A stretch of 64,000 bases of DNA from positions 118,134,294 to 118,198,293 of the forward strand of contig NC_068985.1 in NCBI RefSeq assembly GCF_001194135.2, written 5' to 3'. The first letter of the stretch is position 1, and each line of letters starts with the position of its first letter. Made by a program: the position numbers and the translations under genes. The DNA comes from Octopus bimaculoides. Its lineage: Eukaryota. Below the pieces are notes generated by a model. It made no database searches, was not told where the DNA came from, and saw only the letters and a list, made by a program, of their open reading frames with translations. Below are positions 1-12,989 of this stretch, in pieces.

Positions 1-1563
1 TCTATTCAGTTACAAAATAAAAACAGTAGAGCAATTAATTTCAATTCCATATGTCATACATAAATTCCATTTTCCTTAAAATTATATATTATACATGACA
101 ATATATCATAATTTCAAATTTCAAAAATTATCCTCACAAAATTCCTTCCATACAGTTAATTCAATAAAAACAGTAGTTTTGCTTATATTGCTACTGGCAC
201 TGGAGGAAATAAGAGAGAGAGTTTGCTTATATTACTTTGAATATGAATTCTGCAATTTGTAGAATTGACTTTTACCCATCAGAATTTGGCTTGAACAGTT
301 GTACAATGATTATTGAAATTTGTGCAATTTTTTTTTCTTTTTGTTAGATTAATAATTTACCCTAATATACAAAATTTGGTACTCCTTTCTAATATTTCTC
401 CATGGGGTTGGTGTATACAAGGTTCAAAATATTCTTGAGATAGGGGGTGGGCTGAGATTTCTTCAACAGCTAAATATTTTGACCACATTTATTTTCTGAT
501 TCTAAACGTCGATGTTTAAGACTATTAATGACACAATAGGCAGAGATGAGGGTAAAGGTAAATTTTCTTGTAGTCAAGTATGTTGCTATCTACGAACTTA
601 CCAAGAATAATCATTTCTTCTATGGATTTCAAACACTAACATAAAACCATTAATTTCGACCTCAAAACTTGAAGGGGGGGGGGGTTATCGACCACAATGT
701 TTAAAAATATAACAAAACACTACAGACATTTTTGTCTGGCACGCTTTCTATTCTGTTATCATCCATCATTCACAATAGAAGATTCCAAATGTGTGTACAG
801 GTCATACATCTGTGGAGAAGAGTGTAACTGATTGTTATACCGACCTCAGTACCTTCACTAACTTATTTCACAGACAATGAAAGAATAAACCGTAAGGACA
901 AACTCAACGAATTTTGAACTTGGAATAGAAGAAGTTGCGAGGCAACGCTCTACCAATTCTGCTATCCATTCGTCTTCGATAATAACAATCTAAGGGGAAT
1001 AACCAAAACTTAAACTGCGGAATCCTATTGTACACTTGAAATATATTTTTGCATGTTTGCTCACTTTATTGCAATATTTATTTATGCGTTTCAGCCAAGT
1101 GCTGCGGTCATGCTGGAGCACCACAAAAAAAAGCGAGAAGAAACAAAGAGAAACTGATAAATATATTATCAGTGTGACTTTGTTAAACCACGACAGCTTC
1201 GACGTTTACTTGAGAAGCACCTTTCTAAATATCGAGCTAATTTAAAATTAGTTGCGAACACATACATTTAAAAGAGAAACAATTGCCTTAATGAGTTAAG
1301 CGAACACAGATTGAAATGAATAGTGAATTTAAATGTAAATTTATTTTACACACCAAACCGAGTACAGTTGTTAAGATGTTACTTTATTATCCATTGCAGT
1401 ATTCATATTTAAGCAGAAAAGATATTTCCTCCGAATTCTTCTTAGTCTAACTTCAAAGCGAAGCATCTTATCAGGAATGTTGATCAGATGAGCCCAAAAG
1501 AACAAGTCTGTAGTGATGCGATAAGGATTACACTCCTAGTTCATTCATTTATAGATGAATGTA

Positions 1564-1910
1564 TTGTTGTTGGCACTCCGTCGCTTACGACGTCGAGGGT
1601 TCCAGTTGATCCGATCAACGGAACAGCCTGCTCGTGAAATTAACATGCAAGTGGCTGAGCACTCCACAGACACGGGGATATTCAGCGTGACACAGTGTGA
1701 CAAGGCTGACCCTTTGAATTACAGGCACAACAGAAACAGGAAGTAAGAGTGAGAGAAAGTTGTGGTGGAAGAGTACAGCAGGGTTCGCCACCATCCCCTG
1801 CCGGAGCCTTGTGGAGCTTTAGGTGTTTCCGCTCAATAAACACTCACAACGCCCGGTCTGGGAATCGAAACCGCGATCCTATGACCTATCCACTGGGCCA
1901 TTGCGCCTCC
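1564..1910 (-). mobile_element. tRNA-derived SINE, near full length, with target-site duplication
   Basis: The minus strand begins GGAGGCGCAATGGCCCAGTGG (A-box-like), has GGTTTCGATTCCC (B-box) and ends in a CAACAA tail. Flanked by A(T/C)AGATGAATG at 1551-1561 and 1911-1921. Confidence 0.85.
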
Positions 1911-3177
1911 ACAGATGAATGCATATTCACAGTTTAATGGAATTTAGGGGAATTTTTGCAATATAATTGTAGTTTATCAACTACAACGGGATGGAAAATT
2001 AATTCAAGCCTACACGAGATTTCAACACAATGGTAGCAGTACTCAGTAGTAGAACCAAACACAGCTGATGTCAAATAATCAAGCAAATACAAATTCAATA
2101 AAATAAAAAAAAGAAATGGAAGTAAAAGATAGGTGTATACTGAGAAAATCGATAATCAAAATACATAATGCTGAAAAACGGAAATATTTTTATGAAATTG
2201 TCAACTTCGGTTGCAACAAACAAATAAATTTTAAAATTACTGATTAAACTAAACATGAAAACAAATATGTGGAATCATATTATATAAATATTTATATAAT
2301 AGTTGATCATTAATACAAATATATGGAAACTTAACGCTACTATTCATTATTATTATAGAATAAAAACTAAGTGAACCCGTCTAGATACTCTAAAAAACAA
2401 AAGGTTAACTTCTTCCTTTGAGTTCCTGGCAGACCGAGAGCTTTCTTAAAACAAAATTAAATACAAGGCAAACTAAAATCGATATAACTCAATAAAAGCT
2501 GACGTTTTATCATTGTAAAAAAAATTGTCTATAGAAAACACCAACCAAGAAATAATATCGCTTATAATACACATATTTTTGGTTACGTCAAAAGGAAAGT
2601 GAAATGTCTAGTATACGAGAACAAATGTATTTTGAAAATACATAATAGTAAAAAGTATTATTGTACAGAATCCATTTCGAAAGAAATGTATTTGTCAATT
2701 CGAACTTTTATACTGTGATGTTATACAGAATGCATGATCAGCGAATCTTAATCCTGTCAAGCTGTACAGAATGAATAACTAGAGCACTATTTGAAGTCAC
2801 AGAAGAGTTTAAAAAAAAAAAGAATATTTACATATTGTTAAAGTACACCTGGGGAATATTTCGAATTAATGAAAGATATGCTTCTGATGGGTGATTTAAA
2901 GCAATATATTTTGGCGACTTTAATGGACTGAAAGGATATTTTGAAGAGAGAATTCTTAAAAAGTAACTGGATTCAGTGTTATACATTTACTGATGTGTTT
3001 TTGGTAAAGAATACATGTGTCCGCGTAAACTAAACAGTTAGATTCTTTCAGGAGACCGAAGTATAAGGAAGAAAATAAAAGAAATAATGACAACATATAT
3101 AGTAGAATCAAACGTTGCAGGAAAGAATAAACGAAAGTGCACAATAGACAAACTAAATGGAACAATAAACTACTTAC

Positions 3178-3233
3178 ACTTCACGCGAACGGAAATCATT
3201 CTTGATGTAGTCGTCAAGCGATAAGTCCGCCAT
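3178..3233 (-). CDS. POLDIP3: First coding exon of a UAP56-binding-motif protein, most like POLDIP3/SKAR (MADLSLDDYIKNDFRSREV...)
   Basis: ATG at 3233-3231 in a GGCG context. The translation resembles the human POLDIP3 N-terminus MADISLDELIR (ALYREF/UIF-type SLDDxIK motif). Canonical GTAAGT donor at 3177-3172 (phase 2). Downstream exons were not identified in the window. Confidence 0.6.
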
Positions 3234-3290
3234 ATTTAACTGATTAATTGAAAACTAACTTCCGTCTTATACCCTCAACTTCCGCTATTA
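3227..3290 (-). promoter_or_regulatory. Housekeeping-type promoter/5' region of the minus-strand gene
   Basis: Two ACTTCCG (CGGAAGT, ETS-type) motifs at 3258-3264 and 3278-3284. A YY1-like CCGCCATATTT overlaps the start codon. Locally CpG-retaining. Confidence 0.5.
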
Positions 3291-3899
3291 CATTGACACC
3301 ACTAATTCATTTATATTTTATGAAAAGTAATGTAAGATATCACGTATATAATATAGTGGGCTGAAAATCGCCGTTCAGCAGAGATTATACAAGCAATTAG
3401 TAGACAATAACTCTCGAGAGAGGTTTCTGAAAATTAAAAATCACATATTTTATTAGCCTTTAGTATTACCTTGATCCCATGAAACTATCTTATGATAAAT
3501 GGGATAGGGTCTCATTTTATAGGGTTGAAACACTTCTATCAGTTAATATTATCCAAACAATTAGTTGACAAAAATCCCTCGTATTTGAAAATTAAAGATC
3601 ATGTATTTTATTACAGCCAATGAGGAGTGGAGGCCTTGGTGCAAATCTTGAAAAGACATTGCTTCTTGCCGGCAAGTCAAAGACTCAGAATCTAAAATCA
3701 TATTTTCTAAAATGTTTTGAAGGCCTTATATTCGCTATCATTGACTGATTTAAAAGATTTTCCCAGAAAGCAAATAATAGCTGAAATAATGAAATATCTA
3801 TGATGTGTATGCATAAGTTATGTTAAGACTAGAGGGCAATGTTTTCCATTGTGTTTATAGCATTTGAGAATACTCTCACATGGCATCATATTGCCAGTA

Positions 3900-4650
3900 T
3901 ATCTTCCCCAGGGAGTACCGGAATGACTACCAGACATAGATGTGAGCTGCTGCAATTTTTTAAAATATCCCTCTTACAAAAGCACTTATGGGCTGGTAGT
4001 GTGCCCCTTGCCCAACACGTTTCCTAGTAAAATGCGTAGATGCTCACTGGAGAAGAACAGGCTTCATTGGTGTGGAAATAAGATGAGTGGAAGAACAGGG
4101 TTGTGACGTTAACGGTCAAGGGACTTGAACAGAACAGGAAGGGTGAGAGAGGAAGTAAGATCGGGATCCTCTCCGTCTTTTGCCTTGAGCACTCAGGACG
4201 AATAGACGAGCGAGCTGAAAGAAATTGGTATTAGCAATGCTATCGTTAGGTGCACAGGCAGGGCATGAGTTTTGGATTGAGTACAGCTGGACGGCAAAAC
4301 GACGAAAAGATAGGCGAACGTTTTTTATTTCCCCGCATACAGTTCCCTCGTACAACAAGCTATTTCGGCACTCGTGCATAAGTATATTTCTCCCTTGTTA
4401 TCCCCTTCCATGTGATGGCAGTGATTCCGTTAGACTTTTCTATGGTGAAGGACATGTAGTGACTTGGATTTGTAAGATCATAGTGGCTCCTTGATAGATG
4501 AGGAAGACCAACTGATCGTAGCGAAGATCAAGCAGCGATTGAGGGGAGCTTATACAGAGGGGATGTACGCCACGTTTGCTAAGCTGGGAACAGGTCGATG
4601 TGTATGCCGCGAAGGTTAGGAGACCGACCAAGTGTAACATTTTGGACACA
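3900..4650. mobile_element. GC-richer decayed element of unknown class (possible retroelement ORF1/gag relic)
   Basis: Abrupt rise in GC/CpG relative to the flanks. Only short, stop-interrupted protein-like frames (e.g. LIDEEDQLIVAKIKQRLRG). No domain recognised. Confidence 0.3.
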
Positions 4651-4664
4651 GTCCTATATATAAA

Positions 4665-5676
4665 TACAAGGATGGGCTGAAAAGTTCATAGGCTGATTAT
4701 GAAGGAGTGATACCAGAGCTATGAAATCTTGCATGCTTTAATTTCTATATTTCTAATTTATAACTGCATTGTTTCTTTCCAGCTAAACTGACATCTCACT
4801 GTTCAAAGACGACTTAAAAAGTAACTAGTTGTGACTTTTCTTGAAAATAGACAAAATTTAGCATCATGGTGTTATCAAGTACCTGCAGAAAGAGGGTTTT
4901 AGTCCCCAAGGACATTCATGCTGAAATGGTTGCTACAATAGGGGATGACATCACGTCTTTATCAACAGTGCAAAAGTGGGCAGCTGAATTTAGGAGAGGA
5001 ATGGAAAGTCTTGAAGATGACTCAAAATCTGGATGTCCTGTAACTTCCACCACCAAGGAAAACATTAAACATGTTCACCACATGCTGATAGATGACAGGC
5101 AATTGACCATAAATCAAACAGCCAATGCTATTAGGATATCCTGTGAGGGGGTTGAGAATATTCTGCACAATGAACTTGGGATAATGGTTTCTGCTCCGTG
5201 AGTGCCACATCTTCTGACACCTGATCAAAAGTGCATCAGGCTAATCACATCACAGGAAAATCTGATATCATTTGAAGTAGACCCAGTTGGTTTCCTTGAA
5301 CATTTCCTAACACAGGATGAGTGTTGGCTTCATCACTCTGAGCCAGAAACAAAGAGGCAGTCCATGCAGTAAAAACACCCTTCCTCACCTGCTCCAAAGA
5401 AGGCCAAAGTCATTTCATCTGCAGGGAAGATGGTGCCCTTTTTTTTTGGGGGGGGGGATGCAAAAGGCATCATGTTTATTGACTATCTTCAGAAGGGCTG
5501 TACCATTAATGGAGAGTACTATGCCAACTTGTTGAGGCAGTTACGAAAGATTATCAAGACTAGATGCCTAGGAAAACTGACAAAAGGGGTTTGTTTCATT
5601 AGGACAATGCTCCAGCACACAAGTCCTTAATTTGAATGGCTGTTGTACATGACTGTGGCTTTGAACTGGTTGATCT
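4665..5676 (+). mobile_element. Mariner transposon relic (transposase pseudogene, 3'-truncated)
   Basis: TA followed by a TIR-like CAAGGATGGGCTGAAAAGTTC. Frames give STVQKWAAEFRRG, (W)VPHLLT, TQDECWLHH and IDYLQKGCTINGEYYANLL, with stops and frameshifts. Confidence 0.9.
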
Positions 5677-6065
5677 ATAAATGGAAACAAATTGCAGATT
5701 TGGACTGTTCATATTTTAAAACTATGAAAAAATAAATTACCCCCACAAAAAGCTGGAATTTTAGATTCGTTTGGGGAGGGTGATGTTAATGAAAATTTCA
5801 CTATTGTTTCTAATTATGCTTCATTTTCTGTTTGAAAATAAAGGAAGTGGGGATTGTAATGGTAACAAGTATGTCATGCAAAAAACAATTGGCCAAAATT
5901 GGTACTGAGTCAGGGAGGAGGGTTTGAAAAAATTCTTTTTTGTAAAAAGCTTCCACACTCCATCATTTGCCAGGGTGCGCTGAAAAATAAATTGAAACTT
6001 CCCTGCCAAAAGTCTTCTAAGGTGTTCTAGTGTAAAAATTACTCAGCAACAACAGGATGCTCAAG

Positions 6066-6305
6066 TAGTGTGTGTGTGTGTGTGTGTGTATATATGCATA
6101 GTTATATATATATACACACACACACACAGGCATATGTATTCAGATACACATGCTCCCTTATCTCCATTTACAGGTAGGCTATGTATATGTCTAGATACAC
6201 ACATGTACAACACATTTATTTTCAAGCATATATGTACTTACATCTAACCATATCCAACAACACAAATATGTAGCATATACACAAACATATACACACACAC
6301 ACACA

Positions 6306-6377
<72 letters not shown>

Positions 6378-6380
6378 TAC
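6066..6380. repeat. Compound (GT)n/(TA)n/(CA)n microsatellites
   Basis: Directly visible dinucleotide arrays. Confidence 0.9.
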
Positions 6381-6381
6381 A

Positions 6382-6543
6382 ACGGGCTTCTTTCAGTTTC
6401 CGTCTACCAAATCCACTCACAAGGCTTTGGTCGGCCCGAGGCTATAGTAGAAGACACTTGCCCAAGGTGCCATGCAGTGGGACTGAACCCGGAACCATGT
6501 GGCTGGTAAGCAAGCTACTTACCATACAACCACACCTGCGCCT
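6382..6543 (-). mobile_element. tRNA-derived SINE head with CORE-like segment
   Basis: Minus strand AGGCGCAGGTGTGGTTGTATGG...GGTTCAGTCCC...CACCTTGGGCAAGT. The same family recurs at 30087 and 34225. Confidence 0.85.
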
Positions 6544-6549
6544 ACCTCT

Positions 6550-6990
6550 GTTGAGCAAATTCCGTAGCACCAGCTTTCATCACCAGTGATGACCTTCAAA
6601 AACTGGTCCAGATCAACTTCCAACTGTTCTTTCAGTTCATGACATGCATTCAGTTGTGACTGCTTTTGATCTTCCATGAGCAAAACAAGGCACAAATTTT
6701 GCTGCAACTCTTTTCACTTGCAATTCCTTGCTCAAAATTCGTTGGCAGGGGCTCCAGGACATGCCAGTCATATGAACAAGTTCGTCAATTGCTCAGCAGT
6801 GGTCCTCCAAGATCAGTTCATGAATGTTCATGTTGTTTTCAATCATTTGGGAGGTCAATGGTTGCTCTGAACCAAGTTGATCTTCAAATGACAAGTGATC
6901 ATTCCTAAAACATGAAAGCCACTTGTAAACTTGTGTTTTGCTCATGCAGTATCCTTGTAAGCTGTTTAAAGTATGGCAACTGTTTTGACT
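6550..6990 (-). pseudogene. Mariner transposase fragment
   Basis: Minus frames give MSKTQVYKWLSCFRN (HTH region), KRVAAKFVP and LKVITGDESWCYG. Confidence 0.85.
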
Positions 6991-7003
6991 GCCATTTCCC
7001 AAG

Positions 7004-7295
7004 TCAGTTTAGGATCTGCCACAGACCTCTCCTGCTCACAGTGTCCAATGCTTTCATCAAATTGACATCTGTTACATAAAGTGGTTTGTTTTATTTTGTT
7101 CCTGGCACTTTTCCTGGAGCTGTCTGGGAACGAAAACCATATCTGTTGTACACCTGTTGGCTCTGAAACCATATTAGCTTTCTGGAAGATGATTTTCAGC
7201 AATCGACAGAACAAGTCTGTTGAGGAGTAGTCTTGCTAGAACTCTTCCTGCAGTGGAAAGCAAGGTGATCCCCAGGTAGTTTGAGGAGTCTGTAT
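7004..7295 (-). pseudogene. RTE-clade LINE reverse transcriptase fragment
   Basis: Minus frame reads SNYLGITLLSTAGRVLARLLLNRL...ES*YGFRANRCTTDMVFVPRQLQEKCQEQN. Confidence 0.85.
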
Positions 7296-9601
7296 AGTGT
7301 AATGATGACAGCATTGTGGTGACCTTGTGGCAGCTTGCCCTGTTCTCAGTTAATGGGGGTCCACATAGTCACTGGATGCTGGTTGGGTGAGCACCATACT
7401 GGGCTAAAACTTCCCAAGAGTGATGCAAACCCCAAGTCCTACTTTGACCTCCTCGTGGTACCACCTGGATCTAAACCAACAGGAGAGGATGACTGTGGAT
7501 ATCTGGCGCCTACAATCTGGTGGCTGGTCAAAGTTCATTCCAAATTAAAAAGAGAAAGAGAACTTGCATATATACATACATGCATACATAAATACTTAGT
7601 TTTCAATGCTGGCATGTGTTGGACAGCGTTTCTGAGGCAGTGTTTCAGGTCCCAATATCCAACTTCTTGTCATACCTTTTAGTCTCTTTTTCTGGCATGC
7701 AAGGATATGGTGTCGGCTCTGTACTAGACTTATTAGATGGAGCCGACATTAGACTTCAACGGAGCCGAGGATATGGTGTGCCTATTCTAAAACAGGGAGA
7801 TATATAATAAACATTGGCTAATACAGTCTTAGATCTATAAAAAGAGGCAATAGTCACAGCTGGACTAGCACTGATTATAGGTCTGCTTGCTTAGGGCTGA
7901 TTTGCATGGGAAGACATTGTCATGTTTATTTTGTAGCCCTGATCATTACTGCTTCAGTTGGCATAAAAAATAGGAGCAGATAAATGATCACTATGATCAA
8001 CACCTAAGCTTGGCATCCAGTATATGCTATATTTACAGAATGTCCACTATAGTCTGAAATGAAGAAGATTATTTCATTGCTGAGATTTATTATGAAGAAT
8101 CCTATTTTTACAGGTAAACTCAACAAATATAGTCCCTAATAGGGATATTGTTTAAAGAGAACTGGATCCTTCATAGAACCTCAAATTAAGCATGCAATGG
8201 GCATGTGGTTGTTGTTTCTCTCCAGATCAGACCTGATTAAGCAGATTTATGATCAAGTACATTGCAGCTGTGACAGTCTTGTCTGGTCATACTGGACAAT
8301 TGATCTTAGCTATCGCTCACAAGTGAGTATAATTTGATAGCATATATCATATTTTTGTTAATTATTTTTACTGCCTTTGTTAGTCGTGACCAGGCATAGT
8401 TACCCTTTCAGTCTTCTCCTTTAATCCAGCTGAAAATTGACACAAGCTCTCAGCTGGTATTTGTTTCTCAGTCAAATACACAATACATCACCCAGTCTAG
8501 GAATCGAACCCAGCTTAACCAACAGACTTTGCGCCCTTGTCATAGAACTACATTGACTAATAAATTTCTTTACATTTTTAAGATAATGATGTGGAATTTC
8601 AAAAAAATTTGGCTGTTGCTTCTAGCGACTAAGTTCTTTTGATAGGTGCATTTATTGACGATAATCAAACCATATCATAAATGAAATAACCTAAGTTACG
8701 CTTGGGGATAATCCATCCTGCTCAATTTCGCGCGCGTGCGGGAATGTGAGTGGGTGTATTCCTGTATGTGGTTGTCGAATCGTCTACATTAAATGAGACA
8801 CAACTTTGTTGGAGTAAGCAGAGTTACCTCCCCTGAAGCACTTTTCAGGTTGTAATGCTATGTAACATAATATCTCTACATCAATAGCAACGTAAGAAAT
8901 GATGTATTAAAAATTAATTGTGAAATATTTACAATTACTTTATATATGGGAGAGGGAGTGCTTCTTTAGTTAGATTAAAGGATGGAAAATATTTTCACTC
9001 AAAGACCAACAACCAACCATATCTGTGTGTGTGTGCGTGCATGCATACATATATTAATAGGCCAAAATAAGCAAATAAATATTCATGACTTGCCAGAATT
9101 TGACCATCTCGTTCTTCTACACACAACATTCTCACCTCTACCTATCTATCTATCTATTTGATTCCTTTTATGTATCTGTCTATCAATCCCTCTAGGTAGA
9201 CTTTCGTTTAAAATTTTAACTTGTCACTTGAGTTTCTGACTCAACTTTTTGAAACCATATCATCTCATTCTTTGCCTTATAAGCCTAGTTCTCAGTTGCC
9301 ACAAATTCAACCCTACACATTCCAACTACTATAATTATTTTATCATTTTCATTTGATAAGTACAGTACAATGGATAAAACTGGCTATATGTAAGTTTAAA
9401 AGATTTAATATATTGAAATGAAATATTACACTTTTTATTTTGTTTTTGTCTTTCAAATCTGTCTAAAAAGATTACAACAGTTCTCTTAATGTTTTTGTGC
9501 ATTTTAAGCCATTTTTTGTTTATATTACACAGCCTATACAGAAACCTCCAACTACTTTTCACTGTCTGTCTGTCTGTCTGTTTGTCTGTATGTATGTATG
9601 T

Positions 9602-9814
9602 ATGTCTCTTCTATTTTTTAATTATTATAAATCTTCCACTGAGGCAGGAGCTGGTTTCCAGCAAAGATACAAGGCTCCATCTTTGGAATGTAGTTAACAC
9701 AGCCAAATTCACATTTGGAACTTGAGAAAAGTCTTGCATATTTTTACTGTTCCACTCATAGATTGCACTTGTAATGTACACATTAGCCAGTCGATTTCTC
9801 TTTCTGAAAATCCC
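9602..9814 (-). mobile_element. 3' end of a non-LTR retrotransposon (ORF C-terminus plus 3' UTR), copy 1
   Basis: Minus frame [30 protein letters not shown] resembles the C-terminus of RLE-type LINEs. An inverted near-identical copy lies at 12990-13202. Confidence 0.55.
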
Positions 9815-9868
9815 AGTTTATCCAGATTTGTATGTATGTATGTATGTATGTATGTATGTATGTATGTA

Positions 9869-9899
<31 letters not shown>

Positions 9900-11489
9900 A
9901 TGTATGTTCTATTTTTTTATGACATCAGCATTGTTGTGGTCATTTTGTAACTCACAAGACAAAAAGACCCCATGACTGAGAGGGAGACTAGGAAAGAGAG
10001 TATTGATTTCATGCAGTTTTCAGAGAATGAGCTAAAGTATAATGAGGGAAACAGCTTTAATGTACTCAAGAAGGGTTCATTATAAAAAGGGTAGACACAA
10101 AATGCTTTAGTTTTAAAGCTGACAGTGACTTCAAGGTTTTGCCACTACTGATTAGTAAAATTCTCTGAGAAATCATCAGTTGAGAAACAGAGATGTAAAA
10201 CTCAAAGTTATGAAATTTGAAATTCCAGTTTAATAAACACATTATATTTTGACACCCTACCTTTCATATGAGGTATTCTGTTTTGTCTGCCTGTCCATAC
10301 TTAATTCTTTGCAACCAAGTGTTTAAATACACACTTGCATGCTCACGCATGTACACACAGACACACACACACAGACACACATACACACAAACACACATAC
10401 ACACACACACATGCGCGCGCGTGTGTGTGTGTGCACATCTGTATATAAGTGAGTAAATGAAACAAAGAAGCACCCAACATTTTGGTTGGAGCCACTTGTA
10501 TTTAATTACAGTTTGATTCAGCTCCATATGACTTAACGATTAGTGACCTTGTTGGACATGTCCATTTCATCAGATATTTGAAAGAGTCTGTATATCTGTG
10601 TGTATGTGTGTGTGTGTGTGTGTAAACGTAAGTATACCCCTCTATTCAATCCATCCTACTCTTTCACTAACTCATAACCTAATAACACTAATTTCTATTT
10701 ATATTCTATTAATCCATTTCTTAGTACAGTCTCTATTAGTTTCTCCATCCTCTCACAATATTAAACCTGTTTCTCCTATTTTTCTGAAAACTATGCATAA
10801 AATCAATATTCTTTTTCCTATTTTTCCTCTCAGTCACGGGGTCTTGTTAGTCTTGTGAGTTACAAAGTGACCACAACAGTGCTGATATCATTAAAAAAAA
10901 ATACCCAGTACATTCTTTAAAGTGGGTGCCATTAGGAAGGAAAACCAGCTATAGAAAACATGTTAAAGCTGAGATATTGGAGCAAGATTTGGTCTGCCAA
11001 CTCAGTTGGGTTCTGCCAAATTGTCCGATTTATGCTTGCATAGAGTGTGTCCCCAATCTTCTATGAGAACGTGTCTAGTTATAGGAAAAAAATTAACCTT
11101 ACTTGGAAGAGGAGTGTTGATGACATGAAGGACATGTGGTTGTACAAAATCCACCTTGACAGGATTCCATCTGACCCATGGAAATGTGAATGTGAAAAAC
11201 AGTGATAATAATGATTATTTATATATGAAAATAGGTCAAAGGTCCTTTCTAAATAGGCTCATAAAGCCAGTTTTCTGGTTTCTGTAGCAAAAATATTCCC
11301 CCTGGACTGAATGTCAGTTTATTGCAGGGATACTGATTTTTATCAGCTGAGTGGACTGGAGCACTGTGAAATGAAATGTTTTGGTGAAGAACATTATGTA
11401 ATGCCTGGTTCAGGAATTGAAACCACAATTTTACAATCATGAGGGCAACATCCTAACAACTAAGCAATGTGCCTCCACATTACATATAT

Positions 11490-11730
11490 ATTATATGTGT
11501 GTCTTTATGTCTGCGTTTATATCCCCATCACCGCTAGACAACTGGTGTTGGTGTGTTTACATCCCTGTAACTTAGTGGTTCAGCAAAAAGACCGATAGAC
11601 TTGGCTTTAAAAATAGACTTGGCTTTAAAAAATAATTCCTGGGGCTGATTTGTTTGACTAAAACCCTTTGAGGTGGTGCTCCAACATGGCCACAGTCAGA
11701 TGACTGAAACAAGTAAAAGAATAAAAGAAT
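11490..11730 (+). mobile_element. SINE 3' module (CpG-decayed)
   Basis: Family motif ...GACAACTGGTGTTGGTGTGTTTACATCCCTGTAACTTAG...CATGGCCACAGTCAGATGACTGAAAC, shared with copies at 30290, 32380 and 58527. Confidence 0.75.
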
Positions 11731-11732
11731 AT

Positions 11733-12135
11733 ACCAGTTCAAACAGTCAGTTTGCAGCACTCCCTATTGGGTTTGAATATGCCTCAAGCATATTTGAACT
11801 GGTAACAAGTTTGTATTTATACACATCACTGCTTAGTGCTTTCATCCTGTGTTTTATTTATGGCAGGCCACTGACTAGAGCAACCAGTCATTCTATGATG
11901 GCAGCAATATATTAAGAAGGACCTGTTTCTCTTGTCAGTTCATAGTGTCTGCCTTTCTGGTTTCTGGTGCAGTAAAGGAGATAATCATTCTGAAATGCAT
12001 GCATCTACCAATGTGTGAACTGACTTTGTGTATTTACACCTGTCTATCTACCGTGAGAAATTTTCTCCATGACAAAATACAATGAATGGCTTTCTTGCAG
12101 GTTCAAATATGCTCCAAGTGTATTTGAACTGTTTG
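11733..12135. mobile_element. MITE-like element with terminal inverted motif and two internal hairpins
   Basis: Termini CAGTTCAAA / TTTGAACTG. Hairpins at 11771-11799 and 12101-12129. Confidence 0.4.
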
Positions 12136-12193
<58 letters not shown>

Positions 12194-12921
12194 TACATAC
12201 ATACATACATACATACATACATACATACATACATACATACATACNNNNNNNNNNNNNNNNNNNNNNNNNNNNNNNNNNNNNNNNNNNNNNNNNNNNNNNN
12301 NNNNNNNNNNNNNNNNNNNNNNNNNNNNNNNNNNNNNNNNNNNNNNNNNNNNNNNNNNNNNNNNNNNNNNNNNNNNNNNNNNNNNNNNNNNNNNNNNNNN
12401 NNNNNNNNNNNNNNNNNNNNNNNNNNNNNNNNNNNNNNNNNNNNNNNNNNNNNNNNNNNNNNNNNNNNNNNNNNNNNNNNNNNNNNNNNNNNNNNNNNNN
12501 NNNNNNNNNNNNNNNNNNNNNNNNNNNNNNNNNNNNNNNNNNNNNNNNNNNNNNNNNNNNNNNNNNNNNNNNNNNNNNNNNNNNNNNNNNNNNNNNNNNN
12601 NNNNNNNNNNNNNNNNNNNNNNNNNNNNNNNNNNNNNNNNNNNNNNNNNNNNNNNNNNNNNNNNNNNNNNNNNNNNNNNNNNNNNNNNNNNNNNNNNNNN
12701 NNNNNNNNNNNNNNNNNNNNNNNNNNNNNNNNNNNNNNNNNNNNNNNNNNNNNNNNNNNNNNNNNNNNNNNNNNNNNNNNNNNNNNNNNNNNNNNNNNNN
12801 NNNNNNNNNNNNNNNNNNNNNNATGTTGATAAAAGTTCCAATGAAGGAACCTTGAATCTATGTTAGAGTCCGGCTCTTTCTCTATGGACAAGAAATACAG
12901 AAATGAAACTGATTGATAACA

Positions 12922-12952
<31 letters not shown>

Positions 12953-12989
12953 CTTGTTGTTGATGTTGAAATTCCAATGAAGGAACCTT

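Noticed and set aside
1564-1910. tRNA gene
   Set aside because: A/B boxes are present, but they continue into a SINE body with tail and TSD and no complete cloverleaf forms.
8262-8330. Exon-like segment VTVLSGHTGQLILAIAH with a GTGAGT donor (WD40-like)
   Set aside because: Its acceptor and 5' half lie in what appears to be a common interspersed repeat, and the similarity is too short.
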